62,196 nucleotides of DNA from Chthonomonas calidirosea (GTDB lineage: Bacteria > Armatimonadota > Fimbriimonadia > Fimbriimonadales > Fimbriimonadaceae): NCBI GenBank assembly GCA_945859975.1, contig CAMAPH010000015.1:1-62196 (forward strand), given 5' to 3'. Below are positions 28,877-37,620 of the stretch, one piece after another; position 1 is the stretch's first letter, and every line of letters starts with the position of its first letter. Below the pieces are notes generated by a model. That model made no database searches and was not told the origin of the DNA. It worked only from the letters and a program-made list of their open reading frames with translations. The position numbers and the translations under genes were made by a program.

Positions 28877-30169
28877 TTAGCCAGTTTCGCGCAACTGAAG
28901 CTCGGTCAAGTAAATCGGCCGCGCGTTGCCTTCCAAAATTCCTTTAGGAACGATGACCCTCTGAACGTCCGGCAGACTCGGGACTTCGAACATTGCCTCT
29001 TGCAGAATCTCTTCTAGCAACGCTCGCAGCGCTCTTGCCCCGGTTTTGCGACGAATCGCTTCTCGGGCGATTTCTCGTAACGCCGAAGTCTCGACAGCGA
29101 GTTCTACGTCCTCAAGTTCAAAAAGATGCTTGTACTGCTTGATCAGCGAGTTCTTTGGCTCCGTCAAAACTCGGATCAGATCGTCCTCCGTGAGCGGATT
29201 TAATGCCGTAATCACGGGCAACCGACCGATGAACTCCGGCAGGAATCCGTATTTCACCAAGTCGTCTGGGACAACGTCCGTCGGCACGATGTCTAGCGCC
29301 TTTTCCGGTGCGTTGCGGAAACCCATCACGGCGCCTTGCTGCCGCCGCCGAACGATTTCCTCAATCCCCTCAAAAGAGCCGGCACAAATGAACAGGATTC
29401 CGGTCGTGTCGATCTGGATGAATTCCTGGTGCGGATGCTTACGCCCGCCATTTTGCGGAACGTTCGCGATCGTTCCTTCAAGGATTTTCAGGAGTCCTTG
29501 TTGCACCCCTTCGCCGCTCACGTCTCGGGTGATCGAAGTACCGCTTTGCGACTTCCGTGCGACCTTATCAATCTCGTCGATGTAAACGATCCCGCGCTCC
29601 GCGAGCTTTTTGGGGTCGGCTCCGTTGATGCTCTCCGCCTCTCGGTAAAGCCGGACCAAAACATTCTCAACGTCTTCGCCCACGTAGCCAGCTTCGGTGA
29701 GCGACGTTGCGTCGGCAATGGCAAACGGAACGTGCATCATCCGCGCCAAAGTCTGAGCAAGCAAAGTTTTGCCCGTTCCGGTCGGGCCCATGAGAAGGAT
29801 GTTGCTCTTCGAAACCTCGGTTCTCCCCGGTGTCGAGTCGAGGGTTCGTTTGTAATGGTTATAAACGCCGACGGCTAAGGCTCGCTTCGCCGCGTCTTGC
29901 CCCACCACGTAGGTGCTCAAAAATTCAACAATGCTTCTCGGCTTTGGTAGACGCGCTTTAGTGAATTCGGGATCAAGGGTCGGGGTCGCAGGGAAGGGAT
30001 GAGAATCGCTATTGCGAGCGCGGGTGCCTTCCTGATCAACGATCTCCGTGCATAGCTGAACGCAATCGGAGCAAATCGCCCCATAGAGTCCGGTAATCAG
30101 CCGCGACACTGAGTCCTTTGATCTTCCACAAAGGGCGCAGAGGTCGCGGCGATCTGGTGCCTGCATCAT
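28877..30169 (-). CDS. clpX: ATP-dependent Clp protease ATP-binding subunit ClpX
   Basis: C4 zinc-binding domain, [47 protein letters not shown]. Confidence 0.96.
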   Translation of the reverse strand: MMQAPDRRDLCALCGRSKDSVSRLITGLYGAICSDCVQLCTEIVDQEGTRARNSDSHPFPATPTLDPEFTKARLPKPRSIVEFLSTYVVGQDAAKRALAVGVYNHYKRTLDSTPGRTEVSKSNILLMGPTGTGKTLLAQTLARMMHVPFAIADATSLTEAGYVGEDVENVLVRLYREAESINGADPKKLAERGIVYIDEIDKVARKSQSGTSITRDVSGEGVQQGLLKILEGTIANVPQNGGRKHPHQEFIQIDTTGILFICAGSFEGIEEIVRRRQQGAVMGFRNAPEKALDIVPTDVVPDDLVKYGFLPEFIGRLPVITALNPLTEDDLIRVLTEPKNSLIKQYKHLFELEDVELAVETSALREIAREAIRRKTGARALRALLEEILQEAMFEVPSLPDVQRVIVPKGILEGNARPIYLTELQLRETG

Positions 30170-30179
30170 CGTGCCTTGA

Positions 30180-30764
30180 TTATCGGTTGGACGGTCGAAT
30201 TACGTTATCCACGATCCCGTAATCCTTCGCTTCGTCCGAAGACATCCATCGGTCACGATCGCAGTCGATTCGAACCTGCTCTGGATCCTTCTTGGTGTGC
30301 TCACCCAAGATGATCATGAGCTTGTCCATCAGCGTGTTGGTTTCTTTGACCTGAACATTGATGTCCGCCATGGTTCCTCGGAATCCGGAGGAGACTTGGT
30401 GAATCATCACGCGGGCGTTTGGCAACGCGCTTCGCTTGCCGTCCGCACCCGCGGCCAAGAGCACCGCGCCCATGCTCGCCGCGATTCCGACGCAAGTGGT
30501 CGCAATCGCTGGCTTCACCAACTGCATCGCATCGTAGATTGCGAGTCCGGCATAAACCGATCCGCCGGGCGAGTTGATGTAAAAGTCAATGTCCTTGTCT
30601 GGGTCTTCCTTTTCGAGGAACAAAAACTGGGCGACGATCAGGTTGGCGACATAGTCGTCAACTTCCGTGCCCAAGAAGACGATCCGGTCTTTGAGAAGCC
30701 TCGACCACAGGTCGTAGCTTCGCTCACCGTTCTGCGTTTTTTCGATAACGTACGGAATTCCCAT
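30180..30764 (-). CDS. clpP: ATP-dependent Clp protease proteolytic subunit
   Basis: [35 protein letters not shown]. Confidence 0.97.
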   Translation of the reverse strand: MGIPYVIEKTQNGERSYDLWSRLLKDRIVFLGTEVDDYVANLIVAQFLFLEKEDPDKDIDFYINSPGGSVYAGLAIYDAMQLVKPAIATTCVGIAASMGAVLLAAGADGKRSALPNARVMIHQVSSGFRGTMADINVQVKETNTLMDKLMIILGEHTKKDPEQVRIDCDRDRWMSSDEAKDYGIVDNVIRPSNR

Positions 30765-30877
30765 CTGAATGCAGATTACTCCGCGCTGAACTTGGGAGTT
30801 CGCAGGACCAATGCCGAGTAGGACCTTGGATCAGTCGCATCCAACGGGATCTCCCGCAAGCTTGAACCTTTAGTCTC

Positions 30878-31456
30878 TCAGCATTCCTCGACAAACCGTT
30901 CAATTCGAGGATCAGGAATGAGCCACATTGCCGCTAGAGCAGCGTAGATCACCATCGAAATCCGCGAGTCGTACGGCGACACCAGCACGCCGAGAACGTA
31001 GCCAACAATGGAGCTACGTCCTTTCAGATCGTTTCCGATCGCGCGGGCCAGGAGCGAGTTCGTTCCCTGTGAGCGAATGATCACCGTTTGAAGAATCCAG
31101 TAAGCCACCCCGCACATTCCCAAAGAGACGCCATACAGTTGAGTTGGAATTGCCGCAAAGTTCGACCGACCAAGCCAACTCGTTGTGAAGGGTACGAGGG
31201 TCAGCCAGAACAGCAGATGCATATTTGCCCACAAGATGCTTCCGTTTACACGGGTCGACAGCTTCATCATGTGGTGATGGTTGTTCCAGTAAATGCCGAC
31301 GTGGATGAAACTGAGAACGAACGAGAGAAACACCGGCCAAACCGACTTCAGCGCTTCCCAGGATGTTAGTTCCGGTGCCTTGATATCAAACACCATGATG
31401 GTGATGATGATCGCTAAGACCCCGTCACTAAACGCTTCAAGTCGACCGTTATTCAT
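30878..31456 (-). CDS. TMEM175-family K+/H+ channel
   Basis: RLEAFSDGVLAIIITIM signature, YWNNHHH, LVPFTT, W.IPD.RIE. Confidence 0.93.
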   Translation of the reverse strand: MNNGRLEAFSDGVLAIIITIMVFDIKAPELTSWEALKSVWPVFLSFVLSFIHVGIYWNNHHHMMKLSTRVNGSILWANMHLLFWLTLVPFTTSWLGRSNFAAIPTQLYGVSLGMCGVAYWILQTVIIRSQGTNSLLARAIGNDLKGRSSIVGYVLGVLVSPYDSRISMVIYAALAAMWLIPDPRIERFVEEC

Positions 31457-32204
31457 TTGGGTTTTGGAGATAGTCTTTCATTTCTCCGGAGGCAACGTCC
31501 ATCACGCAGAATCGTCTTGGCTGGCTGAATGAGCCGAGCTCGACATCACCGTTGTTCTGAATTGCCCCCATTAAAATGACGTACCGACACCGGACCTTCG
31601 TGGCCTTCACCAATTCGAGAATCCGCTCGTCAATTGCTTCATAGATCACTTCCGTTGCTTCAAAAATTCGGTTTGGAGCCCCAAGAATCCGATCCTTCTG
31701 CCTCAACAGAATCTGTTCAAGCGTGTTCATCTGGTAATCAAGCTCTTGCAGTTGGCCCGGTATAACTTCGTCCCGTTCCAGTCGGCCGAGCGCCGCCCGC
31801 GCGGCGCCGCAACAGCCCGTCCGGGCCGAATGACCGTGTCGCATGATGCTGCCAAGTTCACCTTCCGAAGAGATTCCGATGTGCGGTCCGTAATAAATGA
31901 ACATCGCGCCGTCCTCCGGTGCGTGACTTGCGAACGCGCCCATTCCCGTGAGGCCAGTGAACGGAAACCCGTCCAATCCACCCATCTTGAACGGGCCCAG
32001 AAACTCCTTTGCCCGCGCTGGGTATTGAATACTGTTGACATCATCGCTGCAGATGCTATCGGCTGACATCACTTGCGATGGTTCTAAGTCCAGCTCCATC
32101 TCCACAAAGTCGATGAGCCGATTCACCGCGTCAATTGTCGTTAAGGCACCCGGATAGTGCTGACGAATAATTTCAAGCTTCTCACGTTTTTTCATAAAGT
32201 TCAC
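31449..32204 (-). CDS. LCIB/LCIC-family (theta-type) carbonic anhydrase
   Basis: SICSDDVN, F.MGGL.GFPF.G.TGMGAF.SH.P, YGPHIGI, CCGA (Cys/His/Cys zinc ligands), DYQM. Confidence 0.85.
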   Translation of the reverse strand: MNFMKKREKLEIIRQHYPGALTTIDAVNRLIDFVEMELDLEPSQVMSADSICSDDVNSIQYPARAKEFLGPFKMGGLDGFPFTGLTGMGAFASHAPEDGAMFIYYGPHIGISSEGELGSIMRHGHSARTGCCGAARAALGRLERDEVIPGQLQELDYQMNTLEQILLRQKDRILGAPNRIFEATEVIYEAIDERILELVKATKVRCRYVILMGAIQNNGDVELGSFSQPRRFCVMDVASGEMKDYLQNPNE

Positions 32205-33199
32205 AAAAGGATGTCGTGGGTTGGCCGAATCGCCGGTGGCAATTCTGTTTCCCCAATCATCTCCAACATATCAATTTCCATTGCCCGTTGCAACTGAGCC
32301 ATCGGAACATCGTTCGGACCACCCTCAAACGGATTTTCAGTACTATCGCCCACCTGCTCCAAAGTAGTAAAGATCCAGGAAACAATCACGCTGAATGGAA
32401 CCACTAGCCAAACGCAGTAGGGGTTGTTCGGTGCCAATGCGCTGAACTCTTTCAGGAGTCCGAAGGGAAGCAGGGTTGCGAAAAGCTTCACAAACATGCC
32501 GTTCGCGGTCGCAAACTGACGAGGATACGGAGTGTTCTTAATCCGCTCGGCTCGACCCTGAGCATTGTAATGGCTGGTGATGGCCTCCTGAAGCGCGACG
32601 TGCCGAACCGAGTCCAGCTTGCCATCGGCCGCTAGCCGTCCAACGAGCGTCGACTGCAGGCCCATAATCTGCGTCGCCCGGTTCTTTGTTTTCAGGACGC
32701 CCGCAAGTTCTTCTTCCCCCAAAAACTTCGCCAGCTCCACTTCCACTGGCGTCACCATCTCCGGCACTTCGAACCAGCGCTCGCGATACTCCTGGTTCTG
32801 CGGCTCCACCATGCTCTCCCATGCTCGGGGCTCGCGAAGCTGATACCGCAAGGCCGCAACCCAGGCCAAATGCCGCCGAACCAAATCTCGGACCAGCTCC
32901 GGATCGTGCGGAAGGTAGCCCTTCGTCATTGCCGCCCAGGCCCGACTTGCATTCATGATGCTGCCCCAAATCTGCCGGGCTTCCCAGGCTCGATTGTAGC
33001 TCTGGGTGTTCTTGAAGCCGACAATGAAAGCGGTAGCCGTACCGAGCATCGCCACCACGGGCCAAGGAATCGCCAGCCACTTCCAACCCAGCCAAGCATA
33101 AAGCGCGACCGGAACGAAGCTGTGCACCAGCAGAATGAGCGCCCTCCGTCGGGTCCACAGCATGACTTCTGCAATCCGATACCGCCGCCCCGTGTGCAT
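32201..33199 (-). CDS. Bestrophin-family anion channel
   Basis: FIVGFKNTQSYNR.WEAR.IWG.I.N.SR, ERIKNTPYP, ENPFEG..NDVP. Confidence 0.93.
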   Translation of the reverse strand: MHTGRRYRIAEVMLWTRRRALILLVHSFVPVALYAWLGWKWLAIPWPVVAMLGTATAFIVGFKNTQSYNRAWEARQIWGSIMNASRAWAAMTKGYLPHDPELVRDLVRRHLAWVAALRYQLREPRAWESMVEPQNQEYRERWFEVPEMVTPVEVELAKFLGEEELAGVLKTKNRATQIMGLQSTLVGRLAADGKLDSVRHVALQEAITSHYNAQGRAERIKNTPYPRQFATANGMFVKLFATLLPFGLLKEFSALAPNNPYCVWLVVPFSVIVSWIFTTLEQVGDSTENPFEGGPNDVPMAQLQRAMEIDMLEMIGETELPPAIRPTHDILL

Positions 33200-33223
33200 G
33201 CCGCAATTATGTACAGAATCTTA

Positions 33224-33300
33224 GGAGTGCGACAGTTCTACTGCCCCTTTTCGCAACTCGCAAACTCACCCAAGGTCGTACCGCAGCGGCTCTGCCGCAG
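33224..33300 (+). repeat. Composite REP-like element, copy 1 (degenerate)
   Basis: GGAGTGCGACAGTTCTACTGCCCCTTT ... GGTCGTACCGCAGCGGCTCTGCCGCAG. Confidence 0.8.
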
Positions 33301-33312
33301 CCACCCGACCCT

Positions 33313-33407
33313 GGAGTGCGGCAGTTCTACTGCCGCTCTTTGCAACCCGCAAACACGCCGAAGGCCGTAGCGCGGCGGCTCTGCCGCCGCATGAGAATCA
33401 GTTGTAG
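33313..33407 (+). repeat. Composite REP-like element, copy 2
   Basis: GGAG-T-GCGGCAG-TTCTA-CTGCCGC ... GTAG-C-GCGGCGGC-TCT-GCCGCCGC ... TCAGTTGTAG. Confidence 0.85.
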
Positions 33408-33415
33408 CCTTCGAA

Positions 33416-33799
33416 CTATCGCGAACCGTCAGCAGTACCGAAAGAGCAATCCGCTCCAGCACACTGAACACGGTAGGTCCGGGATAAGAAGGGAGGCAGC
33501 TTATCCCGTGCATGAAAGACCGCCACGTTCTCGCCTTGCCGATCGTACGAGATTTCAAACCTCTCCCGCCTTTCCGGTCGTTCAAAAACTTCGCGGGTGT
33601 GCTCATGGATCGAGTCGAGAAGATCCGAGTAGCTTTCCGGCAACCAGCGATTCTCCACCCAATACTTCTCGGCATGAATCACTAAGAGCCCGAAACTTTG
33701 GTTTACAAAAGACTGCCACCGGAAGTACCGCTCGAACCCGAAACATCCTAAAGTCAGGACGGCGAAGATAATCAGCCCATTGCGTAGTTTCAAGTTCAT
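33416..33799 (-). CDS. Small membrane-anchored hypothetical protein
   Basis: AAGG-ATG start, N-terminal TM helix; lies between REP-like copies 2 and 3. Confidence 0.6.
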   Translation of the reverse strand: MNLKLRNGLIIFAVLTLGCFGFERYFRWQSFVNQSFGLLVIHAEKYWVENRWLPESYSDLLDSIHEHTREVFERPERRERFEISYDRQGENVAVFHARDKLPPFLSRTYRVQCAGADCSFGTADGSR

Positions 33800-33814
33800 C
33801 CTTCGATCCACTCT

Positions 33815-33910
33815 GGAGTGCGGCAGTTCTACTGCCGCTTTTTTGTAACTCACGTTTTCACCCAAAGTCGTACGGCGGCAGCTCTGCTGCTGCACTAGAC
33901 TCAGTTGTAG
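33815..33910 (+). repeat. Composite REP-like element, copy 3
   Basis: GGAGTGCGGCAGTTCTACTGCCGCTTT ... GTCGTACGGCGGCAGCTCTGCTGCTGC ... TCAGTTGTAG. Confidence 0.85.
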
Positions 33911-33921
33911 TCAGGGTTTGA

Positions 33922-34416
33922 CTACTTCAGCTTCCGGTACGCCTTCACGACCGAATCATCGTTGACCGCATTTTCCAACAATTCCCCAAGCATTTCCTTG
34001 TAGTCAGACGACACGACGAGCACGCGGCCCCGGTACCGAAAGAACTGAAAGAAGCGCCCTTCGACTTCAATCAGATTTGAACTCAAAGTGTCGATTCGTC
34101 CGTCGTAGCGATTGGCGCGGACGATGCGTGCAAGCAAGGGCTGAACCTCTTCTTCATCAAGGAAGGCAACGATCCCCGGTCGGTCACCGTCGATGTCAAC
34201 AACGGACTTCACGGAGATCGTTGTCCGCAATTGCTGGGCCAATCGCTTCTCACATTGCAGACGGTGCTTTTCGGTCGGATTCGGAAACTTTGCCTCACGA
34301 GCAATCGGCACAGCCCAAATGAGCATTCCCAGGCCAATAGCAATCATCACTCCAAAGTCAGTCCAGGGAAGCCCGAAGAACGATGACTTCTTTTTCACGC
34401 TTTTGATACTAGACAT
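33922..34416 (-). CDS. Membrane-anchored hypothetical protein, family A copy 1
   Basis: TM helix then PTE.HR...E, ISV.SVV.ID.DR.G.VA.L, RF..F..Y...VLVV shared with 35155..35715. Confidence 0.75.
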   Translation of the reverse strand: MSSIKSVKKKSSFFGLPWTDFGVMIAIGLGMLIWAVPIAREAKFPNPTEKHRLQCEKRLAQQLRTTISVKSVVDIDGDRPGIVAFLDEEEVQPLLARIVRANRYDGRIDTLSSNLIEVEGRFFQFFRYRGRVLVVSSDYKEMLGELLENAVNDDSVVKAYRKLK

Positions 34417-34488
34417 CCTCAATCTCAATCTCACTAGTTGATTCGGTCTTCCTTGCGGATTGCAAATTTGCCGAACCTTTGATCATGA

Positions 34489-35049
34489 TCAATCACTCAT
34501 CCTGTAGTTCTGGGATTCGACCAACTTGCCGTTCACAAAGGTCCTTTGGCAAAACAGCGGTCCAGACGCAAACATAACGCTCCAATAGCTGTAACCTTGG
34601 ATCAGCGTCACTCGACCGCTAAACGACTTTGTTACGGCAACGCTCCTCGCGTCATAATGCTCTTTCAGTCGGAAACAACGCCAGTCTTTTGCATCGTAAT
34701 TGTTCCCCGGACCAGCAAGCGTTCCTTCAAACTCACTGGTCCAAGATTGAATCGGCCCGGGTCCATTTTCATGCGTGCTTACGAAGAGCAAGCCCTCTCG
34801 CTTGCCATTACGGTTGAGCTGTTCATCTTTCCGGACAACTTCCATCGGCGTGATCCGAATGTCGATCGGATCGGTTTCCGTCAGATCAAGCGTGCCAGTC
34901 TTGTCAAATTGTTCAACGTATCCCTGCATCGATAGGGGGATTGGGCGCCATAGAACAAATACGGAAAGGGCAACGCAACCAACGGCTCCAACGACCATAA
35001 CTCCGCAGCATCCGAGTGCCACCTTCCGGTTCTGTCCCTTTCGCTCCAT
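34489..35049 (-). CDS. Membrane-anchored hypothetical protein, family B copy 1
   Basis: AGGGGAG SD; TM helix; QFD.TG, AVTKSFSGRV, RTFV.GKLVES shared with 35770..36312. Confidence 0.75.
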   Translation of the reverse strand: MERKGQNRKVALGCCGVMVVGAVGCVALSVFVLWRPIPLSMQGYVEQFDKTGTLDLTETDPIDIRITPMEVVRKDEQLNRNGKREGLLFVSTHENGPGPIQSWTSEFEGTLAGPGNNYDAKDWRCFRLKEHYDARSVAVTKSFSGRVTLIQGYSYWSVMFASGPLFCQRTFVNGKLVESQNYRMSD

Positions 35050-35108
35050 TTTGCTCCCCTTGTTTTAGCAACATCCTCAGAAGCGTCAGAGTGCCACGAT
35101 CGGATCTT

Positions 35109-35203
35109 GGAGTGCGGCAGTTCTACTGCCGCTTTTTGTCACCCCCGAGTTCACTCAAGGTCGTAGCAAGGCGGCTCTGCCGCCGTGTTGACCCAGTTCG
35201 TAA
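35109..35203 (+). repeat. Composite REP-like element, copy 4
   Basis: GGAGTGCGGCAGTTCTACTGCCGCTTT ... GGTCGTAGCAAGGCGGCTCTGCCGCC ... CCAGTTCGTA. Confidence 0.85.
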
Positions 35204-35715
35204 GCATTCATCCACTGTCGTCGAGTTGAGCCCAGTTGCGATTTCTTCCAGTACGCCGCATCCAAATGTCCACGGCTCTCGGCCGCGTCTCGCAAGTCAT
35301 CCAGGTAACCCCGATAACTGCACCAGACCACCAGGACCTCTGCTTTGTACTTCTCAAACCTGTAAAACCGCGCTCCGGTGCGGAAAAGGTTCTGGCCTAG
35401 TCGTTCAACTTTATCTCCGCTCAAATTCGCTTGATCAATGCGCGAAACAACGGTTTCAACGTTGTCATCTTCCAACAAGGCGACCATTCCGGACCGATCA
35501 AGATCGATGTGAACAACTGACTGAACCGAAATCGGAACTCCAAAATCCCGTCGCAGGTCCTGCTCAAGCCGTACTCGGTGAGATTCTGTCGGGATAGGAT
35601 GGTCAATCTCCGCCATCCACCTCGCGATCCAAACGATAGAAGCGACTCCAATGATTGACATCGCAACCAAGGCAATCCAGCCCGGATCCATGGCGCCAAA
35701 CCTGCTCCGACTCAT
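35155..35715 (-). CDS. Membrane-anchored hypothetical protein, family A copy 2
   Basis: Paralogue of 33922..34416; C-terminus extends into REP-like copy 4. Confidence 0.7.
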   Translation of the reverse strand: MSRSRFGAMDPGWIALVAMSIIGVASIVWIARWMAEIDHPIPTESHRVRLEQDLRRDFGVPISVQSVVHIDLDRSGMVALLEDDNVETVVSRIDQANLSGDKVERLGQNLFRTGARFYRFEKYKAEVLVVWCSYRGYLDDLRDAAESRGHLDAAYWKKSQLGSTRRQWMNAYELGQHGGRAALLRP

Positions 35716-35769
35716 CGCATTTGACCTAATGCCGTCAGTCTGCAAGCGCTCGGCCCATTGCTTCGAGCA

Positions 35770-36312
35770 TTAGTCCGCAATGTAGTCATCCGATTCCACC
35801 AACTTGCCATCAACAAAAGTCCGCCAGGAACAAAGGAATCCGCCCGTGAAACACATGGTCAGAAAGTCTGGTCTTTCCATAATCAAAACTCGCCCGCTGA
35901 ACGATTTGGTTACCGCAATGCTACTAGAGTCAACTTGTGCCTCCATCCGATAACACGTGAGGTCTTGGATACGCCCTGGGTGCTTTCCACCCGTGTCCGG
36001 CTCCTCCCATCGACCGCTTCGTAAGTATGAGAGTCTCGGATTCGTGTCTCGCCTATTTAGGCAGATGAAGTCCCCTTCCTCGCGCGTGATGTTCGCTAAT
36101 TTTTCATCGCTCACGACCCCTAGCGGCGTTATTGTCAATGAAACGGTTTCGGTCCCATTCAAAACGAGAATGCCCGTTTCATCAAACTGTTTTATGTACT
36201 CCTTAGCCGCCGCACCGGGTGACGGATAGTAGAGTTGAACAGCAATCGCAATGGATGCGATGAGCCCGATGCCAGTCAGAACTTCACGCCTTCCGAACTG
36301 CTCCTGCATCAT
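35770..36312 (-). CDS. Membrane-anchored hypothetical protein, family B copy 2
   Basis: Paralogue of 34489..35049. Confidence 0.72.
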   Translation of the reverse strand: MMQEQFGRREVLTGIGLIASIAIAVQLYYPSPGAAAKEYIKQFDETGILVLNGTETVSLTITPLGVVSDEKLANITREEGDFICLNRRDTNPRLSYLRSGRWEEPDTGGKHPGRIQDLTCYRMEAQVDSSSIAVTKSFSGRVLIMERPDFLTMCFTGGFLCSWRTFVDGKLVESDDYIAD

Positions 36313-36480
36313 CGACCTTCTCACAGAAATCTTAACGCGCGAGGCTTGATTCCAGTGCCACATCTTTGGGGCCCGGCGGCTCGGCCACCGCATTCCAACC
36401 AGGTCGTAGCCAGCAACCGAGTCCCACCGCCTCCCGCTATAGCCTCCAGACCCCGTTTGCCGGTAACCTTCCGGCCACAG

Positions 36481-37560
36481 ATGGCAAAGGGAAGAGTAGG
36501 GATTCTAACGAGCGGTGGCGATTGTAGTGGGTTGAACGCAGTCATTGCCTCCGTCGTCAAAGTAGGCATCCCGATGGGATACGAGTTCGTCGGTTTTGAG
36601 CGTGGCTGGGAAGGCGTGTTGTCGCCCATCACCTGCCGACCCCTTGGACTCAATGACGTCCGCGGCATCAGCTTCATCGGCGGAACGATTCTCAAGACCA
36701 CCAACCGCGGCCGGTTCGGCGGAAAGGTCGGCGCCGGCGGCGTTCGACGAATCCCGGACGACATCCTCGAGATGGCCAAGGCGAACCTTCAAGAAGTTGG
36801 GATCGACGCTCTCGTCGTCATCGGCGGAGACGGCACCTTAAACGCCGCTCTCCAGCTCGAAGAATTTGGCGTAAAGATCATTGGCGTCCCCAAGACCATC
36901 GACAACGACCTGATGGCGACGGACCGAACCTTCGGCTTCTCGACCGCCGTGCAAGTCGTGACCGACGCGCTGGACCGAATCCACACCACCGCCTCTAGCC
37001 ACAGCCGTATCCTCTTCCTCGAAACCATGGGCCGCCACGCGGGTTGGATCGCCCTTCGCGCCGGCCTTGCCGGTGGTGCCGATGCCATCCTCCTCCCTGA
37101 ATTCCCCTTCAAGGTCCACGACCTCATGGAGTTCCTCCGCTACCGACAAGAGCAATACGGCTCTTCCATCGTCGTTGTCGCCGAAGGCGCGATGATCGAC
37201 GACCGACAGGTGATCCAGGCGGGTGGCAAGTCCAGCGAAGTGCTCCTAGGCGGAGTGTCCACCGAAGTCATGCGAACACTAGAGGAAATGGCACCGGGCG
37301 AATTTGAAATGCGCGGCACCGTGCTCGGCCACGTCCAGCGTGGCGGAACGCCAAACCCCGCCGACCGAATCCTCGCCAAAGCCTACGGCGTCGAAGCCAT
37401 CAAGGCCGTTGACCGAGGCGAAAGCGGCGTCATGGTTGCCTACCAGAACCAGGAGATGTGCACCGTGCCAATCGCCGATGCCTGTGGACAGCTCAAAACT
37501 GTGCGGAACGACACCATGGAGTACGTCACCGCCCGAGACCTCGGCGTCTTCATTCACTAA
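36481..37560 (+). CDS. pfkA: 6-phosphofructokinase
   Basis: ILTSGGDCSGLNAVI, GGTIL, IGGDGT, PKTIDND, ETMGRHAG, LGHVQRGG. Confidence 0.95.
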   Translation: MAKGRVGILTSGGDCSGLNAVIASVVKVGIPMGYEFVGFERGWEGVLSPITCRPLGLNDVRGISFIGGTILKTTNRGRFGGKVGAGGVRRIPDDILEMAKANLQEVGIDALVVIGGDGTLNAALQLEEFGVKIIGVPKTIDNDLMATDRTFGFSTAVQVVTDALDRIHTTASSHSRILFLETMGRHAGWIALRAGLAGGADAILLPEFPFKVHDLMEFLRYRQEQYGSSIVVVAEGAMIDDRQVIQAGGKSSEVLLGGVSTEVMRTLEEMAPGEFEMRGTVLGHVQRGGTPNPADRILAKAYGVEAIKAVDRGESGVMVAYQNQEMCTVPIADACGQLKTVRNDTMEYVTARDLGVFIH

Positions 37561-37570
37561 TCGGAAAAAC

Positions 37571-37610
37571 AAAATAGCCCGGCGGAGTTCATTTCCGCCG
37601 GGCTATTTCT
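37571..37610. terminator. Bidirectional intrinsic terminator between pfkA and tig
   Basis: 15-bp stem AAATAGCCCGGCGGA / TCCGCCGGGCTATTT between convergent genes. Confidence 0.88.
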
Positions 37611-37620
37611 ATTTTGCAGC

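Noticed and set aside
33224..35203. Repeats as a CRISPR array or integron attC sites
   Set aside because: Spacing is irregular and gene-sized, spacers are similar to one another, there are no complementary RYYYAAC/GTTRRRY ends, and no cas or intI gene is in the window
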